Shown here: positions 18,129 to 27,525 of the stretch, piece by piece
How the letters are laid out: every line of letters starts with the position of its first letter
Numbering within the stretch: position 1 is the stretch's first letter
Assembly: GCA_018668695.1 (NCBI GenBank)
Contig: JABJBS010000308.1
Coordinates: 1,430-65,429, forward strand
Reading direction: 5' to 3'
Source: Deltaproteobacteria bacterium
GTDB taxonomy: Bacteria > Myxococcota > XYA12-FULL-58-9 > JABJBS01
DNA: 64,000 nucleotides
The notes under the pieces: model-generated
The model's database searches: none
What the model was told of the DNA's origin: nothing
The model's input: the letters and a program-made list of their open reading frames with translations, nothing else
Position numbers and translations under genes: made by a program

Positions 18129-19160
18129 ATGGCGGGCGAAGAACTGCAAGATGACGATTACGGAATCGACGAATCAATGGATAACCTTGATCCCGTTGAT
18201 GATTTAGACGATCTCGACGATCTCGATGACCTTGATGATCTGGACGACCTAGATAGTCTTGAGGACCTCTCTCCTCCCGGACAATCAGCGGACGACATCG
18301 AGGATATCGAAGATGAGGACCCAGAAGAGTCTGGGATTCTACTCAAAGGCCCCGAGGTTCATATCGGCGGCGACGATGAGTACGACGAAGAAGAAAGCCG
18401 AGCCGCACCCGAGCCACGACAACGCTCAAACGAAGAAGAAGACGCCCGAGCCCGAGCCAGGGCACGCGCTGAACGCAACCGGCTTAAAAAGCTTGCCATG
18501 CAAGAAATGGGTGCACCCAAAGAGCCCAGAAGCAGGCAAAGGCGCCAAAAGCCCGAGAGACGACAAGCACAAGCTCCAGCGCGAGAGGCGGCGCCACCCG
18601 GTCCCAAACCCAAACGTGACTACATCAATCAACAAGATTGGCAGAATGGAAAAAATGGCCGCAACCGCGGACCCATGACTGCCAAGACATTTTTGATTGG
18701 TTTTGGAGTCTCTGTCCTCGGAGTGGGGATCTTGGCCATGTTGGTCTTGGTGACCTATGATATTTATGACAAACGCTTTGGAACGGCAGAAAGTCCCGAA
18801 GAAGTGGCCGTCGAAGACTCCAAGAAGAGTAAACTGAGGGTCCCGAAAGGTCTGACAGATCACTTTCAGGGTAAAACACCTGAAGAAGAGGAAGTTCGTG
18901 ATCCTCTGGTTCCGCCTAGCCAACAAGAAGAGGAAATGTTTGAGAAAAGCGCCATTTCCAATCTGTCAGATGACGGCCTTAGAGCGATTTTCGGGCAACT
19001 TGACCTCATGAAGCGCGAAATCAAGCAAGCACAGAAGCGCCAAGAACGTATTGAGGGAGCAGTCGAACAAATCGAGAACATGCTCGATAGTGTCAACGAA
19101 GGGCGCAGTCGTAATAAAAAGCGTAAGGGTAAGAAAAAAGCCTCTAGAAACAGGCGCTGA
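18129..19160 (+). CDS. Hypothetical single-pass membrane protein with acidic (DDL)n and basic disordered N-terminus and a coiled-coil, basic C-terminus
   Basis: DDLDDLDDLDDLDDLDDLDSLEDL is followed by an Arg/Gln-rich stretch, the TM helix FLIGFGVSVLGVGILAMLVLV, and the C-terminal tail KKRKGKKKASRNRR. I recognise no family. Confidence 0.55.
   Translation: MAGEELQDDDYGIDESMDNLDPVDDLDDLDDLDDLDDLDDLDSLEDLSPPGQSADDIEDIEDEDPEESGILLKGPEVHIGGDDEYDEEESRAAPEPRQRSNEEEDARARARARAERNRLKKLAMQEMGAPKEPRSRQRRQKPERRQAQAPAREAAPPGPKPKRDYINQQDWQNGKNGRNRGPMTAKTFLIGFGVSVLGVGILAMLVLVTYDIYDKRFGTAESPEEVAVEDSKKSKLRVPKGLTDHFQGKTPEEEEVRDPLVPPSQQEEEMFEKSAISNLSDDGLRAIFGQLDLMKREIKQAQKRQERIEGAVEQIENMLDSVNEGRSRNKKRKGKKKASRNRR
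18198..18269 (+). repeat. 9-nt periodic coding repeat (Asp-Asp-Leu)x8
   Basis: gat gat tta gac gat ctc gac gat ctc gat gac ctt gat gat ctg gac gac cta gat agt ctt gag gac ctc. Leu codons differ between units (tta, ctc, ctt, ctg, cta). Confidence 0.9.
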
Positions 19161-19249
19161 TTCCAACCTTGGCCTGTCTGGACAATGCGTTAACCACTGG
19201 GTCAAGTCTTACGTAATATCGTCGATGCTGCTTTACGAAGAGACGGCTC

Positions 19250-21481
19250 ATGACAGAAGAACCTCAAAATGATGAACCGACCGAAGAGACAGAGAGCTCG
19301 CTTGAAAGAGTAGCTCAGATTCTTCAACGAGCCCGTTTGTCCAAACACGCCATCTCTCGTGGTGAGGTTCTACGAGGGCTTAGCTCTTGCGAACCCCTAC
19401 ATGTAACTGAAATAGTTGAGGATTATCTTAGTGAGGAAAACAGCGAGATTCAAGAGCTCGCCATTGAGGCGTTGGCTTACATTCCTCCAGAACATCCCGA
19501 TGCCCGTGCGGGCCTTGTCTGCCTCATCGAAACGCTGGAGCAAGGCAAAGAAAATCTAGTTCTCAAAGCGCTCGAGATTCTAACACGTCAAGAACCGCAA
19601 GGGATGGAGAAGCACTTTATTGCCCTCGCCAGCCACGAGTCTGCCCGTGTTCGACAAGCCGTCGCCAAGCGCTTAGCCAGCCTGGATTCAATTCCCGCCA
19701 CCCGGGCTCTGATTGGACTGAGCCGCGAAGATCATGGTGATGCGAGACTCTGGGGACTTCATCACCTTCGCCAACTCGCATTTAGCCAGAATATGGAAGT
19801 CCAAGCGTTGGCTGCCAAACGCCTAGCGCAACAAGATCCCAGCACCACCACAACTCCGCCGATCGTTTTACTGGCCCGTAAGCAAGACAAAGACGTTCGG
19901 GATACATTACGTGAATTACTCAAAAACGAGGTTATCCTCGAGGAAACTGTCGAAGCTGCTCTTGAACTCAAAGATCCCGCGCTTTACGAATACCTCTGGG
20001 ATGCGAATTGGCGATGGGATGGTCAACCCGAGCTTATGGCCCAAGCCTTGGCCGTCTGCCACTGGGATGATTCTCGCTCGACAGATGAACTCGTTGACCA
20101 AGCCCTCAATTCAAAGAACTTCATTGCGGCCGAACAATCCATCGCGCTTTTACAACGGCGTGACGACGAGCAAGTGTTTAACCAAGCAATCACTCTGACT
20201 CAATGTGACACCACTGAAGAACGCCATCTTGGTGCACGCATCCTAGGTAGACTTGGAGGCCCCAATGGCCGCTTTAGAAGTCAGGCTGCTCCCGCATTGA
20301 TCACCCTTCTAGAAGATAAAAGCGAAACGATTATTTCCGAAGCAGTCCGTAGCTTGGGTAATGCAAACACAGAAACCGTTGAATCAACGATTCACAAACT
20401 CAAGAACCACCCTCATGGCGAGGTAAGAAGACTCGTTTCATTTGTGTTGTTTGGGATTGACGACCACTCATCGCCCGAAGCCCTCGTTGCTCTTTCCACT
20501 GCTCGTGAAGGCATGGTGCGTTTGGCCGCTACGCAGGCACTCACCAGTATTCTTACGCCTCAGCCAGGTGTTGAACCAAGTGCACGCACACCCGTGGGTA
20601 TGCCCCTGGGAGGCCGCCGCGGCCAAGCACAAGAGTTTGACGAGAATGAAGATTTCGAAAGCTATGGATACGGCAGGGCCTCTGCGCAAAACGGTGGCGT
20701 GGGCTCTTATGCCGGGGCTGACTTCGATCCCAACAAGAGCACGGTACCGAAAGCGAAACCCAAAAATCGTCTTCTAATTTTCGCATCGGCTGGTTTGATT
20801 GTGAGTATCATCACGATAGCTGGGCTCTACATCGTTCAACAAACACAACGTGCAAGCATAGATGCCCAAGCCGAGGAAATGAACTCAGCTGAATCACCAG
20901 ATCTCAAACCAGAGCAAATGATAGACACCAAAGCTAAAAGTCGCATGTTTGGTGATCGCAGAGCCGCACAAGTCCTGTCCATGCTCAAACGTCCGATTCG
21001 GGCACTGCTTACGGATAAATCCGAATGCTGGTACATGTATTTTCGCATGGACATACGTGACTCCACCGCCATTATCAGTCGAGCGCAAGTTCCGAAGTCG
21101 AAAAATAGTGTTGATGCTATCGCCCTTGAATATCTCACCCGATTAATTGTGGGAGAAGTTAATGGCGACCAACATGAAAAGGCAGGTAAATTTCTAATCA
21201 GCCTTGTTGCTCGAAATCCCAAACTGGGAAGTTACCTCTTTGAACAAGTTATCGCTGATATCAACTTTTATCAAAGAGATGACCTCATCCGCGATATGGC
21301 GTCAATGTCAGACGACTTTAGAGCACGCCTCGCCGGTGAGGGTTACTCCACGGCCTTTCATCCAGGTTTATCACTTTTGACGACTCGAGCGCGTACCTTG
21401 ATGATTGACGAGCTTCAAAGTGGTTGGTCTCAAAATGACGAATACATACTCAGCCGCCATCTCAGCCAAATCAAAAAATGA
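19250..21481 (+). CDS. HEAT-repeat protein with a central transmembrane helix
   Basis: Repeated HEAT/PBS-lyase-like units (EIQELAIEALAYIP, ARVRQAVAKRLASL, GEVRRLVSFVLFGI, MVRLAATQALTSI) and the TM helix LLIFASAGLIVSIITIAGLYIV. The function is unknown. Confidence 0.6.
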   Translation: MTEEPQNDEPTEETESSLERVAQILQRARLSKHAISRGEVLRGLSSCEPLHVTEIVEDYLSEENSEIQELAIEALAYIPPEHPDARAGLVCLIETLEQGKENLVLKALEILTRQEPQGMEKHFIALASHESARVRQAVAKRLASLDSIPATRALIGLSREDHGDARLWGLHHLRQLAFSQNMEVQALAAKRLAQQDPSTTTTPPIVLLARKQDKDVRDTLRELLKNEVILEETVEAALELKDPALYEYLWDANWRWDGQPELMAQALAVCHWDDSRSTDELVDQALNSKNFIAAEQSIALLQRRDDEQVFNQAITLTQCDTTEERHLGARILGRLGGPNGRFRSQAAPALITLLEDKSETIISEAVRSLGNANTETVESTIHKLKNHPHGEVRRLVSFVLFGIDDHSSPEALVALSTAREGMVRLAATQALTSILTPQPGVEPSARTPVGMPLGGRRGQAQEFDENEDFESYGYGRASAQNGGVGSYAGADFDPNKSTVPKAKPKNRLLIFASAGLIVSIITIAGLYIVQQTQRASIDAQAEEMNSAESPDLKPEQMIDTKAKSRMFGDRRAAQVLSMLKRPIRALLTDKSECWYMYFRMDIRDSTAIISRAQVPKSKNSVDAIALEYLTRLIVGEVNGDQHEKAGKFLISLVARNPKLGSYLFEQVIADINFYQRDDLIRDMASMSDDFRARLAGEGYSTAFHPGLSLLTTRARTLMIDELQSGWSQNDEYILSRHLSQIKK

Positions 21482-21484
21482 AGT

Positions 21485-22399
21485 TCAAGCTGAGAGCGTG
21501 CGCTCATTCAGCCAAGATCTGAAAACCTCTCCAAACAGTTCAAGGCCCTCAAGGTGTGCGGCATGGCCAACTTTCCCAGGAATGATGCTGAGTTGTGCGT
21601 TGGGAATAAGGTTCACTGCCTCTTTCCCCAATTCACAATACTTTCGGTCGTCCTCTCCGGCACAATATAGGAGTGGGCAATGAATCTTGGGCAGCAAACT
21701 CCATAGAGGCTGCATTCTTCCCGTTCCCATTCCTCGGATACTCTCTATCAAGCCATCCACAGAAGCCTTCGCGCGGCGTGCTTGCATGGGTTCAAGTAGC
21801 GCCGGTGGCAGTAAGCGTTGACTGCGGATGATCTCCAGCTCTTGCCAGTAATCCATAAAGCCAGGCACACCCCCATCCAACAATCGCTCGCAAAGCTCTT
21901 GCTCCCAACTTAAACGCTGCTCTCGCTCCGTTTTGTTCACGATGCCCGGGTTGGCTCCGATCACAACAATTGAATCCAGCAAATGGCTAAATCTCGAGGC
22001 GAAATTCAATGCAACGCGGCCTCCCATCGAATATCCCACTAGAATCACCCGCTGATTGTTGGCTCTTTGAATCCGCTCTAAAAGCATCGCGTCGCAGGCA
22101 TCCATCGAAACGCATTCAGCCGATGCCCAGGTTGCCGATAAACCATGGCCCGGCAAATCAGGAGCTTCCAATCGAGTTCCTGCGGGTAATTGACCCAGCA
22201 ACGGCGCAAAATCAGCCCCTGACCCCGTAAAACCGTGAAGTCCAATCAGCAATGTCTCCGCGCTTGTTCCAGCGGACGAGACGTGTGTTTGGCAGGACCA
22301 TTCTTTGAATTTCCAGCTCCAAGAGATCGATTTCACCGACTTACCTATGTCCTTTTCTAGCTTAAAAAATGGCCGATTATGACGCAGCCCGTAATACAA
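21485..22399 (-). CDS. Alpha/beta-fold hydrolase (MenH-like)
   Basis: LIGLHGFTGSG and the nucleophile elbow VGYSMGGRVAL, with a C-terminal GHAAHLE. The start is uncertain: TTG at 22399, or GTG at 22336, which has an AAGGA box 12 nt upstream. Confidence 0.7.
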   Translation of the reverse strand: MYYGLRHNRPFFKLEKDIGKSVKSISWSWKFKEWSCQTHVSSAGTSAETLLIGLHGFTGSGADFAPLLGQLPAGTRLEAPDLPGHGLSATWASAECVSMDACDAMLLERIQRANNQRVILVGYSMGGRVALNFASRFSHLLDSIVVIGANPGIVNKTEREQRLSWEQELCERLLDGGVPGFMDYWQELEIIRSQRLLPPALLEPMQARRAKASVDGLIESIRGMGTGRMQPLWSLLPKIHCPLLYCAGEDDRKYCELGKEAVNLIPNAQLSIIPGKVGHAAHLEGLELFGEVFRSWLNERTLSA

Positions 22400-22595
22400 A
22401 ATCGAAAATTATGACGATTCACACCTTCATAATTCTAAATAATTCAAAAAAATGGCTTGTATCCGTCACTATTTTGATCACCAATAGAGGTGGAACAGGC
22501 AAAGTATGTCTCGCTAAGACATACGGATCAATCTGAATGCAGTCGTAGCCATCGTAACACATTTCGGCGGCAGCAGGCTTTGTTGACGGGGACCT

Positions 22596-25484
22596 ATGCG
22601 AACACCATCAGAAATACTCAAATACTACATTCAAGCCATCGAACATTTAAGCGGGGCCAGTGCAGTCTCTCTTTACGTTCCCGATCCACTCGGTGACGGA
22701 GGTCGAGCACTCTTACTCAGTGCTGGTGATGAACCCATTGCGGAACTTCAAAGCATTGACAGTGCCACCCAGTTTGCCCGAACTCAGCCAGACGCAAACG
22801 CCCAAGGGCCACTCGCCAAGCTAATTCCCGAGACGATTCAAAGCAGCACGCAAGATGGTCTTTTGATCCCTTTACGCGCATTGAATCAAGGTAAAGACGA
22901 GCAAACCGCTTGGCTTGGTTTACGCAACCCACAAACCGCGCAAGCTCCAGAATCACTCACTGGCCCCGACGCTATGAAAAGCTGGTGGCAATGGGTCTTA
23001 GAACTGGGTGAAGCAATCACTCGTGATATTATGCGGGTATCCGGTGTTCTCAATGATCCTGTCAGTGGTTTACCAGGACGTGCCGAATTTTTTCAAACCG
23101 TAGACAAAGCTCTTGAGACCAATCAGGGACCATCGACGGCTATGTTGATTCTGAGCCCTGATAACTTTGCAACGATTAACGAATTATGGGGCTTAAAGCT
23201 CGGCGACAAGGTAATCCGAGAAGTTGCTGACGTCCTCCAAAAACAGCTGCGTGAAGATGATTACTTGGTTCGCTATGGCGGTGTTGTCTTCGCTATATTG
23301 TTGCCCAAGACCACGCTGGAGAGCGCTTTCGCTCTCGGAAGCGCAATCCTTGCAGAGCTCGAAAAAAATGAATACCTCGATTCGACGGTGCGATTGCGCT
23401 TCAGTGGCGGTGTCGTCGCCACAACCAGCGAGGAAGCCAGACACCAAAATGCATCACTTGCTTTTATTCAACGCGCCAACCACGCTCTAAACGCCGCAAA
23501 ACGTGCTGGCGGTGGTCGCATCACTGAATGGAAAGCAGACCCTTCCACCGGAACATCCACCGAAGGCGATGAACTCACCGGAATCTTTACCGGCACCATG
23601 GGTAAAGATTATCGAAACATGGTCCTGCTTTGGGAAACCATTGGCTTGATGGCCGAAAGCTCAGATATCGACGAGCTTTCTTCTAAAGTGCTTGGCTGTA
23701 TCAGCAATGCCTTTCGCCCAGATAGAGTCGGACTCTTTCTCCCCGAAAAACCAGATGACCCGCTCGCGCTCCACAGTGGTTTTGTTCTGATTAAAACAGA
23801 GCAAGGCGGCTCCGTGCAAAAGCATACCACCTCGAGTTCACTCTTCTCACTTGAGGCCTCCGAACGCGCACTGCTCGATAAAGCTCACCAGAGTGGCAAA
23901 GTATTATGCTCTTCGATTCCAGGACTAGAAGACAGTGCTCCTAACCTCACTCATGCGGCATTGGTCATTCCTCTGGTTACACGCGAGAACTGCCTTGGCT
24001 GTCTTTACTTAGACCGAGAAAGTGCAAAGCTTGAACTTGATGTTTCCGATGTCCACTTCTTGAAAGTGTTTGGTAATCACATCGCAGTAGCCATCGACCG
24101 CGGTATTCTGGCTCGAGAAGAAGCAGCCCGACAAGAACGTAAGCGGCTCAGGTTATTGGGTGAGGTTCATGAACTTCGACAAGCGCTGGGTCATGCCAAG
24201 CTGGTTCACACCTCACCGCAGATGGAACAGGTTCTCGGCATTGTTCGCCAAGTTGCTCCAACTGACGCCACGGTTTTGGTCACAGGTGAAAGCGGTACCG
24301 GTAAAGGTGTGCTCGCCCGAACTTTTCATAAGTTAAGTCAGCGCGCCGATAAGCCACTGGTTTTGGTCGACTGCAGTGCCATTACGCCCAATCTTATTGA
24401 GAGCGAACTCTTCGGACATGAGCGTGGGGCGTTTACTGGCGCCGACCGCAAGACCGTCGGGCGACTCGCTGAAGCCAACGGCGGAACAGTATTTCTCGAT
24501 GAAATCGGAGAACTCCCCCTCGAGGTGCAGTCTAAGCTCCTCACTTTTGTACAGGACAAACAGCTGATGGCTGTCGGTTCGACAAAAACTCGAACAGTCG
24601 ATGCACGGATCATCGCGGCCACCAACCGAGACTTAGCCGTCGAAGTGGATGCCGGACGATTTCGCCGAGACCTTTACTACCGTCTCAATGTCGTCAGCGT
24701 TGACCTTCCACCTCTTCGAACACGGCCTGATGATATTCTTCTTTTGGCCCGGCACTTCATCGAACGATTTAATGTTCAATACCAAAAAGCCGCGCGAGGA
24801 CTATCCGCCGCGGCTGAGCATGCTCTTTTGAGTTACAACTGGCCCGGTAACATTCGTGAACTGCAAAACCGTGTCATGCGTGCAGTTATTCTAAGCCAAG
24901 TTGAGCTACTTGGGCCTCATGAGCTTGGATTTGATGACAACGCACAAGCCGGGACCAATGCTCCCCCGATTCGAGCCGGAGAACCCAGTATCGCACAGCC
25001 CGCAGCCGAAGTGGCTCCGTCCAATCCTTGGGAAAATCTAAGCGGCATTCTATCGAGCATCATTCAGCAAGTAGACATCAACAGCGGTCATCAACCTCCA
25101 CCCTTTGGCAAGTGGTTAGAGGAAGATCTTATTCAGGCGGCCTTTGATCGCATCGGTGGTATCCACAGACGCGGCGCCGCAGTGCTCGGCATTCCAGAAA
25201 CGACTTTTCGTCGTAAGATGAAACAAATCAAAGCACGCTCGTTGATTGGCCCCATGCCCCGCACGCCAGAGTGGCGTGAGCTTAATGATGTCTTCAATGG
25301 TATCGTTCGGCAGAAAAACACCGACGGAGAAGATTACCTGGTCAGAAGCCGAGATATTTTACTAACTCATGTTCTTCATCGTTTTGGAGACAAGGTAAGT
25401 ATGTCGGCTGCACTTATGGGAGTCACCGAACCAACCATCAGCCGTTGGCGATCCAAGCTGCAGAGTCAGTCTGCAGCAACCTAA
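22596..25484 (+). CDS. Sigma-54-dependent transcriptional activator with N-terminal degenerate GGDEF domain, GAF domain, AAA+ core and two C-terminal HTH motifs
   Basis: The GGDEF-like domain reads DPVSGLPGRAEF...LREDDYLVRYGGVVF...RANHALNAAKRAGGGR. The GAF-like part reads ALVIPLVTRENCLGCLYLDRE. The AAA+ core has GESGTGKGV, ELFGHERGAFTGA and FLDEIGELP. The two HTH motifs are GAAVLGIPETTFRRKMK and AALMGVTEPTISRWRSK. Confidence 0.85.
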   Translation: MRTPSEILKYYIQAIEHLSGASAVSLYVPDPLGDGGRALLLSAGDEPIAELQSIDSATQFARTQPDANAQGPLAKLIPETIQSSTQDGLLIPLRALNQGKDEQTAWLGLRNPQTAQAPESLTGPDAMKSWWQWVLELGEAITRDIMRVSGVLNDPVSGLPGRAEFFQTVDKALETNQGPSTAMLILSPDNFATINELWGLKLGDKVIREVADVLQKQLREDDYLVRYGGVVFAILLPKTTLESAFALGSAILAELEKNEYLDSTVRLRFSGGVVATTSEEARHQNASLAFIQRANHALNAAKRAGGGRITEWKADPSTGTSTEGDELTGIFTGTMGKDYRNMVLLWETIGLMAESSDIDELSSKVLGCISNAFRPDRVGLFLPEKPDDPLALHSGFVLIKTEQGGSVQKHTTSSSLFSLEASERALLDKAHQSGKVLCSSIPGLEDSAPNLTHAALVIPLVTRENCLGCLYLDRESAKLELDVSDVHFLKVFGNHIAVAIDRGILAREEAARQERKRLRLLGEVHELRQALGHAKLVHTSPQMEQVLGIVRQVAPTDATVLVTGESGTGKGVLARTFHKLSQRADKPLVLVDCSAITPNLIESELFGHERGAFTGADRKTVGRLAEANGGTVFLDEIGELPLEVQSKLLTFVQDKQLMAVGSTKTRTVDARIIAATNRDLAVEVDAGRFRRDLYYRLNVVSVDLPPLRTRPDDILLLARHFIERFNVQYQKAARGLSAAAEHALLSYNWPGNIRELQNRVMRAVILSQVELLGPHELGFDDNAQAGTNAPPIRAGEPSIAQPAAEVAPSNPWENLSGILSSIIQQVDINSGHQPPPFGKWLEEDLIQAAFDRIGGIHRRGAAVLGIPETTFRRKMKQIKARSLIGPMPRTPEWRELNDVFNGIVRQKNTDGEDYLVRSRDILLTHVLHRFGDKVSMSAALMGVTEPTISRWRSKLQSQSAAT

Positions 25485-25496
25485 ACTCTAGGAAAT

Positions 25497-26090
25497 TTAG
25501 GGTTCTTTAAGAAACAAAATTCTAGAGAGTTCGAGAGTTGGGTCGCCCTTACCCCACATCGGTACAGCTAGGTCACCCATCGCAGAGCGAATCATCACTT
25601 GAACCGCAACCTGCATCAGCACAAATCGAACCGGAACCCCGGGTCGCATCGTGTCTTTGCCTGCGTTGAGAAAAAAGTTCTCAACCCAATCAAGCACCGG
25701 AACAAATTTCGTTCGAATGATATGTTCACCCTGGGTGCTTGGCCCCGTGAGTTCCTTAAGAACCAATACTGAAACCGCTGGGTGTTCCTTTGCGAAATCA
25801 ATATAAGCCTGGGTAAGTCCAAGCACGATTGCCTCGAAGCTGTCTGTTTCGACCGCGGATCCTTGAAAAACGCCCAGTAGCTTATCAAAAGCCCGTGCGA
25901 CGACCGCGTCGTAGAGCTTTTCTTTGCTCTCGAAATGATAAAGCAAAGACGGCCGAGTAATCCCAGCATCTTTTGCAATGTCGCTTAATCTCGCGGCATC
26001 AAAACCCTGCCCGCCGAAGTGTTTCTCAGCAGCAGTCAACAATCGCTCAGTGGTTGCCACCTGCGAGTCAGATCTTCTTGGTCGTCCCAT
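25497..26090 (-). CDS. TetR/AcrR family transcriptional regulator
   Basis: The N-terminal HTH FDAARLSDIAKDAGITRPSLLYHFESKEKLY is typical of TetR_N. The length is 197 aa. Confidence 0.85.
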   Translation of the reverse strand: MGRPRRSDSQVATTERLLTAAEKHFGGQGFDAARLSDIAKDAGITRPSLLYHFESKEKLYDAVVARAFDKLLGVFQGSAVETDSFEAIVLGLTQAYIDFAKEHPAVSVLVLKELTGPSTQGEHIIRTKFVPVLDWVENFFLNAGKDTMRPGVPVRFVLMQVAVQVMIRSAMGDLAVPMWGKGDPTLELSRILFLKEP

Positions 26091-26210
26091 ACTAAAAGCT
26101 ACTTAGGGGTAGAGATACATGTCAAGCAATGAGTAGATTTAATGGGACCCGGGGTCTCTTAAATCTCGAAAAAAAAAGAAAAAAATTGATTATGTACCAC
26201 TGCCCGCGCG

Positions 26211-26966
26211 ATGATTGACGGAGATGCTGATGTGTCCCCAATATTCAAACTGAACGGCTCGTTGTCTAAAAGTATGGAAGAAGAATCTAAATATTTCATT
26301 CTACTTTGCTCTGCAAAACGGCAAGGCACTTACGATGAAGTGATTGCCAATGCCGAATACCCGGTTGAGCTGGTGAATACCCCGGACGAATGTCTCAAAG
26401 CATGCGTTCGCCAACCTCCCTATGCAGTCATCGTAGACATGATTACAGGGATGCGAGCTGGGTCGACCAACACCAGTTTACTGGTACTTTATAATCTGGA
26501 GCTCACTTGGCCTGTTCTTAGAAGTACCGCCAAGCGCAACGAACCAGTGATGATTGTATCCACGTCACCTCAAAACACTGAGCCTTTTGCCGAGGCACTC
26601 TCAGCTATCGCCACGGATGACCCTACTTGGCTTCGTCCTCAAACACCGAGACGGTTTATCCGGCAAACTGTTCAATGCCGCTCAAGGTCTCGCGTTCTCA
26701 AGGAATCCGATCACTGGCACCAAGGTACCATCATGGAGCTCAGTACCGGCGGCTGCTTTTTGATTACCTACGACCCACTTCCTATTGATAGTGAAATGGA
26801 ACTGGAAATCTGGGACCTTGCCGATGACGTCATGAGCGTTCAAGGGCACGTCGTCTGGATTCGCGCCTGGGATGATGGGCCAGAGTTACCGGGGATGGGC
26901 GTCGCATTCGACCTAACCTCAGTTCCCCTAGAACTTGCGAAAGCATTAGGCAAAGCCATCGTCTAG
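26211..26966 (+). CDS. PilZ domain protein with an N-terminal receiver-like (non-canonical) region
   Basis: The C-terminal PilZ signature is RRFIR (RxxxR), then ~26 aa later MELSTGGCFL ((D/N)xSxxG with E). An alternative start is ATG 26274. Confidence 0.65.
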   Translation: MIDGDADVSPIFKLNGSLSKSMEEESKYFILLCSAKRQGTYDEVIANAEYPVELVNTPDECLKACVRQPPYAVIVDMITGMRAGSTNTSLLVLYNLELTWPVLRSTAKRNEPVMIVSTSPQNTEPFAEALSAIATDDPTWLRPQTPRRFIRQTVQCRSRSRVLKESDHWHQGTIMELSTGGCFLITYDPLPIDSEMELEIWDLADDVMSVQGHVVWIRAWDDGPELPGMGVAFDLTSVPLELAKALGKAIV

Positions 26967-27525
26967 TAGCAGCGTAAGTCTCTACGAGTTTTCAGTACAA
27001 TTTGCCTCCTATAGCTCGCCCAACTCTCAAGGCGGGCAGCTATCAACATAGAAAAACCAACAATATCAATACTGTATTAAATTCGCGCCGCGTCCCCTCA
27101 CCGCCAAGCCATCCCTGATACATCTCCGGTACCCGTTGGAAGCAGCTATTAGCCACCCAGGCAAACCGGTTTCACCGGCCAAGGCCTACCCAATGGCACC
27201 CTTCAGCCCAGTTATTGATGACCTACGTGATCACGTTTGTACAAATGTAGACTTGCCCTGACAATTTGCGGGTTGTCATTTCGCGTTCAATTGGCCATCG
27301 TATGTGCTCAAGGCCGTGACACACCGCGCAAATTAGTCCACTCGGTTCACACAAGCTGTTTCGAGGGAAAAATGAGTGCAGAACTGGCAACGCAAAGTCG
27401 ACCGATCCATTTCGCAGGAATAAATCGGCACCGTAACGCTATTTTTAGTGTAGCCAAGTGAAAGCACGCATGGTACGCGCGCCAAGTTGGATGACAAAAT
27501 TCAGTTTTCTGCAAGTGGAGAAGTA

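Noticed and set aside
17834-18177. Small ORFs (60-75 aa) on both strands in the divergent region between the acyl-CoA synthetase gene and the 343-aa gene
   Set aside because: They are mutually overlapping, have no RBS or motif support, and sit in a region that is most simply a divergent promoter.
18158-19205. Multiple overlapping ORFs in other frames and on the other strand across the 343-aa low-complexity gene
   Set aside because: They are low-complexity, purine-rich sequence artefacts. The chosen frame has a TM helix, a coiled coil and a consistent start.
25616-25978. 120-aa same-strand alternative-frame ORF inside the TetR gene
   Set aside because: The TetR frame has a textbook HTH. The alternative frame has no recognisable features.
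27138-27146. GGAAGCAGC, reminiscent of the SRP (4.5S) RNA domain IV motif, in the 559-bp intergenic region upstream of rpoD
   Set aside because: The flanking sequence lacks the conserved AGGUCAGGUCCGGAAGG context and the complementary 3' strand. I could draw no SRP-like hairpin, so the region is treated as a long 5' leader or promoter region.
27194-27209. TGGCACccttcaGC in the long rpoD upstream region
   Set aside because: The GG-to-GC spacing is one nt short of the sigma-54 consensus and the TTGC context is missing.
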